A DNA stretch of 64,000 bases, taken from NCBI GenBank assembly GCA_964016885.1, contig OZ024742.1, positions 357,864,001 through 357,928,000 of the forward strand, in the 5' to 3' direction. A model generated the notes under the pieces. That model was given only the letters and a program-made list of their open reading frames with translations, was not told the DNA's origin and searched no databases. Shown in pieces: positions 13,245-25,740 of this stretch (within the stretch, counting starts at the first letter, position 1; every line of letters begins with the position of its first letter). The DNA is from Eledone cirrhosa (taxonomy: Eukaryota). The position numbers and the translations under genes were made by a program.

Positions 13245-13550
13245 CAGGGTTAGATTTAGACCTTGGGGGACCCAGGGCACTTCAGGTTTTTGGGGCCCTT
13301 CAAACACAAAAATTTAGAATACACAGCAAACCCCATAATTTTACATATCAAATATGCTTGTCACAAGTAATTGGAATGAAAAGTTAAACATACAGGTATT
13401 AAATTTAAAAATTCTAACCACCCTAAAACTAAAAAACCCAGCTGAGGACACAAATAAATTGCTACAGTCATCACCAGTGGGCCCCCCTCCCCTGTGTAGG
13501 GACCCTGAGGAAATTCCCCCCCCCCTTTTCCCCCATTAAGTCTGGCTCTG
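13245..13550. mobile_element. hAT-type MITE, copy 1
   Basis: CAGGG...CTCTG termini; 8-bp TSD ggtgtgat/ggtgtgac; homologous to the 17911 and 24747 copies. Confidence 0.85.
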
Positions 13551-14992
13551 GGTGTGACAGAACTTTTTCAGGCAATGTTTTACAGTCAGATTTTCTGAAA
13601 CCAACCATTTTAGTTGCTTTTTTTGCGACATGCAGGGATATGTGATACATATTCTAAACCACATATACACAACTTAATCATTGTCTATTTCTTACTCATG
13701 AAGATAATAAATCATAACATTTCAATCGTATATACATATTTCAAACTTAAGTGGATCTCTTTATTTATTTAAGAAATCGATAAGGAAAATAAAATTTCAT
13801 GACTACTCTAATAAAATACATTTTATTTTAATTAACTGAGGCAGAATTTTGAAGGATTTACTAAAATTATTAATCATTTCATTACGAAGATAGTAACTTA
13901 ATATAGAATAATGTTTGAAGATTTAAAATTAAATTTGGAATCATTTAAAATTGGTGGATTTATTTCATAAAACCAGAGCCGGTTGGTAACTAAAAAGTTA
14001 AAGTATATAAAAAAATATTGCGGATTAAATAACAAAACAGAAAAGCTTGTAATCCTGATAATTCTAACTACTCTCTAGTATTTTATATGTCTTGCGTATC
14101 ATTTAAGTTTACATTTAACATTAAAAAAATAATACTAATCATTTATATTATATATATATCTTTTAACATCCATTTTTTTTCTCTGCTTGCATGAGTTGGA
14201 CGCTTTACTGAAAAGGACCTGTCTAACCCATGCAAGCAGAGGAAAAATGGATGTAAAAACAATGATGATGATGATAATATATATATTTATTGAAGTAACA
14301 TGTTTAGGAGGGCAGTGACCCCAAATAAAAATGACTGTATGGGACAGATGTGGACTCCATAAGATGTAGTGAAGGCAATCCATCTAGGGAGGCAGATACT
14401 CTAAATAAAAAATGATATAGGGTGGAGAGGACGCTTGAGTCCAGTAAGACAACCTCTCTATTGGTGGAGGATCAAATGATGCACCCAGTCCATGCTGTAA
14501 AGATATTAGGGAGAGGAAGGTCATCCAGCCAGAAAAACCCTGCCAAAAATAGGACAAGCACAAATATGTCCAACCCATGCAAGCATGGAAAAAACAAATG
14601 TAAAAATGATGATGATGATGGTGCTGATGGTGATAATGATGATGATGAGGATGATGATGATGAGATGATGATGTGTCTGTGTGTGAACAAAAGATGTGAA
14701 TATTTTGTAGAAACCACATATACCAACATATTCTGTGTTATATGATAGATACACAGATATTCCATTGTGATTCTTGACATTGTCATGCTGTGACACAATG
14801 ATTGACCATTGGAAAACTTAGATCTAATGATATTATTGTTCTCAAAATTGTTATATAAAATAAACTATGTATAAGTGAGATGGACTGAGATATAGCTTAG
14901 TATGGTGGTTGTAAACACAACACAATGCTAAGGAGAAGTTATATTGTGCCAACTTTTCAGCTTGTTTTTCTATAATTTGTTAATTTCACCAT

Positions 14993-15699
14993 GTTTTGCT
15001 GCAGATCCACTCTTTCGGCCTCCACTCACTACATTGTCGGCTGCCTTCCACACCATGCTGCTCTCAACAAAATCATAAAGCATGGGTTGGATGCTGCAGG
15101 CTTCCCCTCCCCTCTTGAGCCGGCAGCGCTTGACCAAGAGGACAGCAAAAGTCCAGGAAGCATAAGCCATCTTCCCGTTCGGAAGTGGTTAGCCCCTCAC
15201 CTGGAATGCCACATGCAACAACATTTTCTCCAGTGGCAACCTGGTGCAGTCTGTGACTAATCCATGCTCTGCTGCACTTCAGGCCGAGGATGGTAAACTC
15301 ACAAAATATTGGTCGATCTCCAACAGGTTTGCAGTTGAGCCTGTAACAGTGAAGACTTCTGGTGTTTTTGGCTCTAGGGCTACCTCCCTACTCACTACGA
15401 TTAGCATGGAGTTGGCTACCCATAGGTGTGAGACACCGGGAGAGCTAGAATGGTTCTTCCAACGTGTCTGCCTCACCATACACTGGGGAAATGTCTTCTC
15501 TATTCTGTCCAGTGGGGCCATGAGGCAGACAACACATGGGCTCCCATTTGCTTATTACAGTGAGAGATGAGGGAGAGCATGAGAAGTGGAGGTAGTGAAA
15601 GAGAAAGAACATCAACATTCATAAACTTGTCTGTAGTTACTCTATGTGTACCACAACACGATGATGTGTATAACAATTGATGAATTAATATAGAGCTAG
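14993..15699 (+). pseudogene. 3' fragment of a CRE-like non-LTR retrotransposon (RLE domain)
   Basis: HAALNKIIKHGLDAAGFPSPLEPAALDQEDSKSPG...AEDGKLTKY...EPVTVKTSGVFG...FQRVCLTIHWGNV resembles the CRE C-terminal pattern LEP.GL...DGKRPDG...ET.G..G...QR.S..IQRGNA; frameshifted. Confidence 0.75.
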
Positions 15700-16617
15700 A
15701 AATAAACTATGTATCAGTGAGATGAACTGAGATATAACTTATCATATTGCTTGTAGACACAACACAATGCTAAGAAGTTATATTGTGCCAACATTTCAGC
15801 TTGTTTTTCTACAATTTGTTAACTTCACCATATGTCTTCCCATGCTTATCCTTTAATATCCAGGTATTTCTCATCTTAGCCATCTTTTCTTAAGCTTGTA
15901 TTTCACATATATGGTATTATTTAAAGTTTATTTCACTTTCTATATTGCGGATTCTTCTGTCTCATTGCCACACACAAACATATACTTAAGATGTTATACT
16001 ACAGAACATTTCAATACAGAGATAATTCTGTAAAGAAAGCCATTATTTAAACTACCGTGTAGAAATATTATGTTTGAAAGTCGCTTTAGTAATAATAACG
16101 TAGTGTTGTCGATAGATTATTGCCAGCTTCCTGCAATCGTCACAGCACTGTGTTAAACGAGAGCTAATCACATGCACCAGTGCACCTGTACATTTAACAG
16201 CTTTCTGGTCAGTTTACTTCTAGCTACGTGAAATCACTCTATTCTTTAGAAACTTCCTCAATTGTAATGTTATTATTCAGATAAAAGGATAGTTTACTAT
16301 TCCCACTGAATGCCTAAATCTTACTATCTTCACACATTCCCATGATATTCTTGTGATGTGAGGTGCCACAAATCTCCTCCTTGGCTCTCATTAAAACTAG
16401 TTAATCCTCAAGCTAACAAGTGAGTCTCTACATGACCATTCAACTGTCTAGAAATAGACAATCACTTCTAAATTACACCCCACCATCTTACAAATGAAAG
16501 GAATTATTGGATAATATAGTTCTTGATACACTGTATCTGAATAAAGATGGGATGACCTACTAGTAAATCACAATAGCTACCATAAGTACTCAAATACAAA
16601 ACAACCTCACTATTTTA

Positions 16618-16968
16618 TTTCCATGTGTCTAACACACGTGGGCATGCCCACAAAGTCAGAAAACAGCACAGCTCCCATGACTTTCGGAAACATTTTTTCA
16701 TGCTCAGAGTTGCTGAAGCATGGAACAAACTACCTGCATCAGTTGTTAGCTGTCGAAACACTGCATCCTTTAAAACCTCCATGCTTCCTGAGATTCGCCA
16801 ACACTACACCTGATATTCCTCCTCCATACACATACACACATGTATTTCATGACTCATACACTATTCACTTCCCTGACATTTGTATATTATTCTATGTACT
16901 ATATATGCACCTTTGATGAGTTGTAGTGCACCTGAGCACTGTACACAGTAATTTCATTATCATTATCA
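16618..16968 (+). mobile_element. CR1/L2-group LINE 3' fragment
   Basis: TRGHAHKVRKQ...FFMLRVAEAWNKLP; matches 62280-62628. Confidence 0.9.
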
Positions 16969-17529
16969 TTTTATGAATGAAATATGGGCAACCATCTGAC
17001 ACCTTATTTATGTAGAATTTGAAGTTGATGAAAATTGTTAAAATATTGACCCTGAATATAAGCACCCCCTTCTGCTATCGATGTTTTGGTTACACATTCC
17101 TCAGCTTATAATCGAGCATATACAGTAATTCATAGTTTTAACTCACCAAATGCTTTATTATGGATATAAAGTTGTTGTTGTTTAACCAAAATTACTTCTG
17201 TTTAATGCATAGAAAACTATGACCAAAAGACATTCCAGCCATGACCATTTCATATTTTCTTATGGAATAATGTACTCTGGCCAACATTATTTTTATCCAA
17301 TGTTGCAGTAGGGTAAAACCCGAGGAAAATATGGCTGCTATTTCTAGCAGTTTAGTTGACTACATAGAGGCACATTTATTGGTCTGTTTGAGCTGGTATT
17401 GTTATTACTGGTATCTTGATCAGCCTTGCTTGATGAGATGTATTGAAAGAAGTCATAACAATATAATTAGAATATCTAAAAGTCTAGTCTGTCTCAAGCT
17501 CAGAGGCCAATCAGGCCAGTGCTTATCCT

Positions 17530-17865
17530 AGTTTCTGTGGCATGAAGTGACTGAGAGTATAAGACTCCCCCTGGACAGAGCGGCACTCAATCACAGGGTC
17601 AAAGTCCGTCTTAAGCCGGGAGGTTCATCAGGCCAGTGTTTATCCTAGTTTTGTGGTGTGAAGCAACGGAGAGTACAGGATGACAGTCCATCTCAGAGTT
17701 AAACCCACAGCTATTGCTGGTACTCATTTTCAGCTGAGTATACTGAAGCAACGTGAAATGAGGTGTTTTGCTCAAGAACACAACATGCAACCCAGCCAAG
17801 GTATTGAACCCACAATATTATGATCGTAAGCCCAACATCATTACCACTAAGCCATGCACCTCCAC
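17530..17865 (-). mobile_element. tRNA-derived SINE
   Basis: Minus strand: ggtgcatggcttagtggtaatg (A box)...gggttcaatacc (B box)...gttcttgagcaaaacacct. Confidence 0.75.
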
Positions 17866-17910
17866 AATTAGAATATATGCTCCATATATTAAAGACAATA
17901 GAATGACAAT

Positions 17911-18219
17911 CAGGGTTGGATTTACTCCTTGGGGGGCCTAGGGGTACTTCAAGTTCAGGGGTCCCCCCATACACAAAACATTAGAATACACAGCCCCCAC
18001 CTTCACACACACAATTTTATATATCAAAGTTAGCTTGGCACAAGTAATTGGAACTGAAAAGTTAAACATACAGGTATTAATTTCAAAAATGTTAACCATT
18101 CTAAAACTAAAAAGCCCAGCTGAGGGCACAAAATGCTATGGCCATCACTGGTGGGACCTCACATGGCTGAGGCCCTGGGGCAACTACCCCATTAAACTAC
18201 CCCATTAAACCCGGCCCTG
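17911..18219. mobile_element. hAT-type MITE, copy 2
   Basis: CAGGG...CCCTG termini; TSD atgacaat/ataacaat. Confidence 0.85.
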
Positions 18220-19276
18220 ATAACAATGTCAAAACATTTTATTACTACATTGTTTAAGCTAGTTAACTATATAAGAAATGTTACCAAATCATATTGGAAG
18301 AATAATTGATACCTAATGCTTTAGTTATTGCTAATACAGCATAAACTGACCTGGCTCATGTGTTCAGGAAGATAACATTATCGTGCATTTTGCATTATTA
18401 TTGCCTTGAATAAGAATTATTACCATAAAATGTTATATTTATCATGTGTATTTATGGAAAGTAGAATTTAGAACACAATGAAGTTATTTTACTGATTATT
18501 GTTTTCCAACGCAACTAAGAAAATCAAATAAATTTTTTCTCTCCTAAGTAAAGAAATGATATCTGTAGGAGGTATTTCTGAGTCTATAAAATGGATAATG
18601 GGAATAATGTGAAAAGCTCAATGATAGTTTATCTGAAATCTTTTAAAGATTTACAGCCAGTAGAGTGTTGGAGAACAGGCTTAAGTAAGGATGATTTATA
18701 TCTCCTCATCAGTAATGCATTGTTTCACAGCAAAGATATTTAACTCTCAAAAGATTAACACTCAAATTGTAAATATGTACCAAGGCAAAGCACACTTCTT
18801 CAGTATAAATAGCAGAGACATAGTAAAATAGATAAATGATTCATTAGATTGCAGAATTTGGCCTGGAGAAGACAACTGGTGAAAACTCTAGTGTATCCAG
18901 TTTAAAAATTGTTATACTTAACAACTTACAGGGTATTCAATAATTTAACATATCTCATTACTCAATAAATTGCATAGCTTGGCAATCAGAGAGTCACTAT
19001 AAGAAGAGCTGCTACTTCTCTGAATTGAGAGATCACAGCTCTGATACTATGGGCATTTGGTTTGAATGTCTCAGGAAAGAATCGCTGGACAGATTTTACG
19101 GGCAAAAACAACTGGCAGGAGACTCAGAGGTAGACTCTGAGCAAGATGGTTGGATAACATCCATGAGCTTGGATGGTCTCATTTGTGGATTCAGCCAGAT
19201 CAGTTAGTGACAGTTGCTTCTGACAGGACTTGCTGGAAGGAGTGTTTGGGGACTCTGCCCCCACGACCTTCTCAGG

Positions 19277-19344
19277 AAGAAGAAGAAGAAGAAGAAGAAG
19301 AAGAAGAAGAAGAAGAAGAAGAAGAAGAAGAAGAAGAAGAAGAA
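19277..19344. repeat. (GAA)n microsatellite, probably the tail of a decayed RTE-like 3' end
   Basis: Direct reading. Confidence 0.95.
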
Positions 19345-20959
19345 GGGCCATAACTCTGTGCCATAAAGCATGTTCTCCGACTCTCTACTCTTACTACCAA
19401 TCCACATAATGATATGTCTTTCTAAAATTGGCACAAGGCCAGTAACAGAGGGAAAAGGAAAGTCGATGATAGCGGTACCAGTAATTAATTGGTTCTTTAT
19501 TTGATGAGCCCCAGGAAGGAGGGAAAGCAAAGTTCACCATGATGAGATTTGAACTCAGAATGTAAAAAGTTGTAATTAAATAACTCAAAGCATTTTGTCC
19601 AAGATTCTGTCAATCCATGGCCCTTATGATTTCTAATGAAGGCAGAAATCCAGCAATTGTGGAGAGGGGTTAGCTGATTATATCAACTCCAGTATTTCAT
19701 TAGTACTTTTATTTTATCAATCCCAGAAGTATTAAAGATTTCAGAAAGTAAAAAGCAAGATCAAATGATGCAAAACACTTTTTTTTTATGTTCAACGAAT
19801 CCTGCCATTTTATATTTTTCCTTTTCAGTAATGTATTGTTTCCATGGCAAAGATGTTCCATGACAAAAGATTAACATATAGAATTGTAAATAGGAAAGAT
19901 GTGGAAGTACATTTCCTCAGTATAAATAGCAGACTCAGTGAAATAGATAAATGCTTTTTAATAATAATAATAATAACTGTTTCTAATTTTGTTACAAGGC
20001 CAGCAATTTGAAGGGGAGGAGAAAGTTGATTATATCAACCCCAGTCTATTACTGGTACTTTATTTTAACAACCAAGAGTCAGGTGGAGAGAAATAAGAGT
20101 GAAGGAATGGCAATGGCCTGGGTGTTGTTTGTGTATATTTCTTAGGGTGGGGCACTCATCTAATATAAACTTTGTTGGTGATGATGCTAGTGTTGTTGGC
20201 CCCATGAAATATTCTTGCTGTGCTTGGGCTCCTCAATATTGCAATTGTTTGTTCAAATAATAGGATTTTAGAAAGGACACCCAACAGGTCAATTGACACC
20301 AGTTTTGAAACATTTTTGAATTCTCTTTGAAAATGAAGGCAATGTATTTGTTTTGCAAGGTTTTTTTATATGAAATCATGTGTTGAAACAGATATTGTTA
20401 TATTTGTGGAGGGTGATGTTGTCCTAATACTACCAAAAATAGTAAATTATATTTATATTTTTAACTGTTGATCAATCAATGATAAACATTGATTGCCAGC
20501 TAAATTATTTATAAGAATATAACAATATACAGAGGCAAAAACCAAAGCAAACCATCAGTGTGTTTTACTGTTATTGAAAATATTTTCTGGAAAAGAAGGT
20601 AAAAGGTTTCGTTGAGTCTTCCAATATTTCTGTATGTTAAATATAATTTGTTGCCAGTTTTAACACCAACACCACCTGGCTCTTGAGTTTCTTTAATAGA
20701 ACCAACTCTGTTTCAAACACTGTAGCATCTATTAATGTGGTTGCTGCTGTTGTTGTTGGTTTTCTGTTAAAAAACAGTAGTAGTGTCATGGATTCTTCTT
20801 CAACAGAGATAAGGAACCCTTCACCTTGTTCATATGCTTTCATTTGGATTTCTAGTGAGAGTGAGGAAGGTGTCTCCAAACTAGAACTGGTCCAAATATT
20901 TGTAACAGAGCAGGCACTGCTAAATAAACTCTGCTAAACTTGGCAATAATTTACATTAA

Positions 20960-21190
20960 TTGTTAGCTATCAGGACACTGTATTCTTCAAAACTTCCGTG
21001 CTTCCCGAAATTCACCAACACTAGACCTGATATTTCTCCCTCATACAAATGCATGCATATGTGTGTGTGTATCATGACTCATACACTGTTCCCTTTCCTG
21101 ACATTTGTACATTATTCTATGTATTATCGGTGCACCTTTGATGAGTTGTAGTGCACCTGAGCACTGTAAACAATAATTTTCATTATATTT
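20960..21190 (+). mobile_element. CR1/L2-group LINE 3' fragment
   Basis: tttgatgagttgtagtgcacctgagcactgt terminus shared with about 62580. Confidence 0.85.
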
Positions 21191-21819
21191 ATCACTCAGA
21201 AATTAAGGAAGGCTCTAGAAATTTTTATAACTTCTTTCTCTGAAAATGTATTAAATAAACTCAGCAAACAGGATTTAAAAAATTCATTGAAGATATTTTT
21301 GAAAACTAGGGTAAATTTATGGAGTGACAATATGAACAGAAAGTTTATCTCAAATATGATGATGATGATGATGTAATTACAATTTGGTAGTCACAATGTG
21401 CCATATCCCTAATGAGTGCACAAGGAAATGAAGGGGAATTAGTGAAGATAGTAAAGATATTCTACAAACATGTAAATTGATAAAAGGGGCTGAAATATAA
21501 TTGTTTCTACTTTTGGCACAAGGCCAGCAATTACCCAGTACATTACTGGTACAGTTTTTGTCAACCCCGTAAAGATGAAAGGCAAAGTTAACGTCAGCGC
21601 GATTTGGACTCAGAATGGCAAGGGCCATAACTCTATGCATCAAAGCATGGTGTCCGACCCTCTACCGATACTGCCAATCCACAATACAAAGAAATAAGAA
21701 AGAAAATATTTCTGTATTTTTAACACTGAAAAGATAGTTTCTGTTAAATCTTGACTTTACTTCTAATGAGTAGATTTTTATTCAGTTAAATATACAGAAA
21801 ACGGAAACACCATTGGACA

Positions 21820-22070
21820 GGACTGGCTCTAGGACATGCTCCCTACTCACCCCCATCAGCACAGAGTCAGCTACCTACAGGTGTGAGGAGCCTTGTGAGT
21901 TCGAATGGCTCTTCCAATGCATCTCCCTCACTATCCTCTGGGGGAATGCCTTATCTATTTTGTCAGCCAGGGTTGTGAGACAGTCAGCATGAAGACTCCC
22001 ATTTGCTTATAATAGTGAGAGATGGGGAGAGCGAGAGAGACAGAGGCAGTGAGTGAAAGAAAGAGAACAT
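21820..22070 (+). mobile_element. Second CRE-like 3' fragment
   Basis: Homologous to 15370-15612 (ctcccatttgcttat..tagtgagagatg). Confidence 0.7.
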
Positions 22071-23384
22071 TAACACACACACTTGATAAGACAACAATAG
22101 ACAAGTAAACAAACTAAATACTCAGGAAATAAAACATTCTGAATATGAATATTATTCATTTGATGTCCATACAATACCATAAATGGGAAGAAAAAAAGGG
22201 GAAGCGCAAGGACTACTAGAACAAAGGAAGAAAGAAAGGGTAAAGGGAAAAGGTTGATAGACTCTACACCTACGTCACAACAGTGTTTTGTCTGTGCACC
22301 ACAGACAAAATAAACAAAGAGATTGTCGCTGTATTTCAATTAATTTTCAATGTAATGTAAATTTTTGGCATCATCATCATCATCATACGTTCCTTTTCAC
22401 TGATATCAAGGGTCGACACATACAAAGTCAATACTGAAGCAGAGCTACTGACTACTGAGGTGGCCTGGGGGCCTGTACTTCTATTTCTGAGCAGGCTGGG
22501 GAGCCTCAGCTCATTTACAGAAAACGTTTCCATGCTCTACCAAGTACATATTGTCATGGCAGTGGCACTAGGAAGATTGACTTGTAACTTTATATATTTA
22601 TACATATCAAAGTGGATCAATTGAAATCTGATGATATCATTTATCTTACAGGGACTTTGATAAATATGAACACTTTTATATGGGAAGTTTCAGGATTGAC
22701 CTTAAAAGTGTTAACATATTTTTCGGTTAAGAGACATGATGTAGGTTAAGAGACATGATGCTTTTGACTCCCTCAATGTATGAAGTGCAGTTTTTTAATC
22801 TTCTTTGTCCACTGAAGGCCATTGTCTGTGAAAGTTCAAGCATAATAGCAAATAGATTCTCTCTTTTGGCAGGAGAGTTATTTTAATGTTAGACAGTAAA
22901 TGAGGATTCGCAAGAACTTGAAATGAATAATTTGCATAGTTCTATAAATACCAGACAGGAAGAGGAAATATTCTCATCTTATCTGCATCTTCAGGAATTA
23001 TTAATGTACTTTAGCTTCACCAAGAAATATTTAATAAAACCAATATTTTGATTTCTTGTAGGAAATAAATGCTATGCATTGGAAAGGCAGGTTGTTTTGT
23101 TGTAAGGGTGCATTACCATAGTAATGAACATTCTAAGGATATTCAACAAATACACTACAAATGCCTGTTGTTGCAACACTACACATTAAAGTGAGAAATA
23201 TAGATATCACACATCAACGCTTTTACTTAAATTTAAAAAAAACACAAGAATTATATACATACTTTTATATAAACTCTACATCAGTAAGCTGGTTAGTAAT
23301 TTGAGAGGACCAACTATTGTATGCGCGTATGTGTGTGTAAATATATATATATATATATATATTCATTCATTCATTCATTCATTC

Positions 23385-23715
23385 ATTTCGTTTTTACGTC
23401 CGCTTTTTCCCTGCTTGCAAGGGTGGGGCGGGAACTGATTCTGGCTTGATTTCTACAGCTGGATGCCCTTCCTAACACCAACCTCATTTACAGTGAGTGC
23501 TGGGTGCTTTTTTGCCGTGGCACCTCCACGACCACTTTACAGTGGAATGATAGGGACCCCAGTCTCTATCATCTCATTTCTACAGCTGAGTAAACTGGAG
23601 CAATGTGAAATAAAGTGCCTTGCTCAAGGAAACAACACATCACCCGGTTTGAGAATTGAACTCACAACCTTTCGATTGTAAGACCAATGCTCTAACCACT
23701 AAGCCATGTGCCTCC
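23385..23715 (-). mobile_element. Composite SINE: tRNA head, CORE-like body, RTE-derived tail
   Basis: Minus strand ggcacatggcttagtggttagagc...gagttcaatt...ccttgagcaaggcacttta, followed by tggtgttaggaagggcatccagctgtagaaa and ggacgtaaaaacg. Confidence 0.75.
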
Positions 23716-24746
23716 ATACACATATACACACTCACATGTTTTTGTCTGTGATGAACATGAGTATATATATATATATAAATGTATATGTATATATGTATGT
23801 ATATATACATGCATATGTTTTGTCTGGGATAGGAATCTGAGTATATATATATACTGTATATATATATATATATATATGCATATATATATATATGGTGTGC
23901 GTGTGTTTAGAGATGTGTACATACATAGAAGTATTTTACAAATATTTACATAGTAATTTAGCTAGCTTGGCTATTTTGATTTTTGTCTTTCAACAAAATA
24001 TATGAGAAAGCACTTAGATTAATATGCAGCTAAGAATTAGTTTTATATGAAAGTTAAAAAAATCAATAGAGTCTCAGATTAAATAAGTTGCTTTTACTAA
24101 ATATCGCTTTTGAAATAATTTTCCTAATTTCTGGAAATATTTGGTACATTACATTCCTTTTCAAATTTGATTATTGATTTAAACATGACAGACACAGTTC
24201 AAATTTTTGAACAAAATATTCTCAAACAAACCAAAGAATATTTTCTTTTTATAACTAGATCAACCTCTCAAATTATCTGAAGGCAAATAGATAAAACCTT
24301 ATGAGAAAATGGTAAAAGTTCTGTTTCACTTTTGTCTTTAACATTTTGAAGATTTCTCATTAATGCTGTTTCTATGAGAAGTATTTATAGCATTGTAATT
24401 CCTTGAAGAACTAAATATATGCTGTCAGAAAATTAAATCCTATTATTCTATTGAAATTTGTGTGTTTATGTATGTGTGTATTTGTATATGTGTGGCTGTT
24501 TGTGTATGTGTTTGCATGTGTGTGGGTATATGTGTGTTTGCATGTGTGTGGGTGCATTTGTGTTTTTGTGTGTGTGTTTGTGCATGTATATGTGTGTGTT
24601 TGTGTATGTGTGTATGTGTTTCCATCATCAACATTTTACTTAAAGGAAATTGTGGAAAGTGTTTGAATATGAAGAAACATGTCACAAGATACCACTAGAC
24701 ACTAGAGATATATCATATTAGGGGAGGGTCAATAGATGGGTACCAC

Positions 24747-25304
24747 CAGGGCCAGATTTAGACATTGGGGGACCAGGGCTTGTCAGGTTTAGGGGGCCCT
24801 TCATACACAAAAAAATAGAATACACAGCCAGCCCCCTCCAATCTTACATATCAAAGTTAGCTTGGTGCAAGTAATTGAAATTGAAAGGTTATATGTACAG
24901 GTATTAAATTCAAAACTTCTAATCATTCTAAAACTAAAAAGCCCAGCTGAGGTCACAAATAAATTGTTATGGGTGTCATAGGTGACCCAAGTGAAGGCTT
25001 AGTGGTTAGAGCATTGGGCTTGCAATCGAAAGGTTGTGAGTAAAATTCTCAGACTGGGTGACATGTTGTTTCCTTAAGCAAGACATTTTATTTCACGTTG
25101 CTCCAGTTTACTCAGCTGTAGAAATGAGATGATAGGGACTGGGGTCGCTGTCATTAAATCACCCAAGACACCTCCAACGAGATATACCTTGGAGGAGGCT
25201 AGATAAACCTGCATAGGTGTGAGCTGTGACACACATAGGTGACTCCCCACTGCAGGGGGCCCAGGGCAATTGTCCCCTTTGCACCCCCATAAAATCCGGC
25301 CCTG
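24747..25304. mobile_element. hAT-type MITE, copy 3, with a nested SINE
   Basis: CAGGG...CCCTG termini; TSD ggtaccac/ggtacctc; insert 24987-25233 flanked by a cataggtgac duplication. Confidence 0.85.
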
Positions 25305-25740
25305 GGTACCTCATTAAAGCAAGAGAGTGCTATCTATTAGCTGACATTCTGATGTAAGTCAGAGACTCATCATCAAGAGAGGAGGGGCAGAGATCTCTGA
25401 ATGATATTACAATACTATTTTTAGCTGGTCCACTCTCAGAGTTAGAAACAAAAAAAATGTCCTGAAATACATTCTTTGTCAAAAAGTGTGAAAGAGTGCC
25501 TAGCAAAATGTTTTCTGGACCCGCTGTACACCAAAGCCTGGTAATGGGTTTGCAAGTTATATATGTATTATAAAGAGATGGGACCCAGGAACTAGCAGTT
25601 GAAATAGCAAGAGTTCAGCAGCTGGGTCCAACTCTTTATAATATAGCCACACTCTCTTACCCTAAGTATTGAGTACTCTGGTCTAACTAATTTTAAACTG
25701 GTTTTATCATGATTTATATATATATATATATATATATATA

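Noticed and set aside
17780-17865. tRNA-like A/B boxes (also at 23640 and 24990)
   Set aside because: SINE heads lacking a complete cloverleaf
22336-22570. Possible minus-strand exon with AG/GT signals
   Set aside because: All three frames from the best acceptor contain stops; no homology recognised
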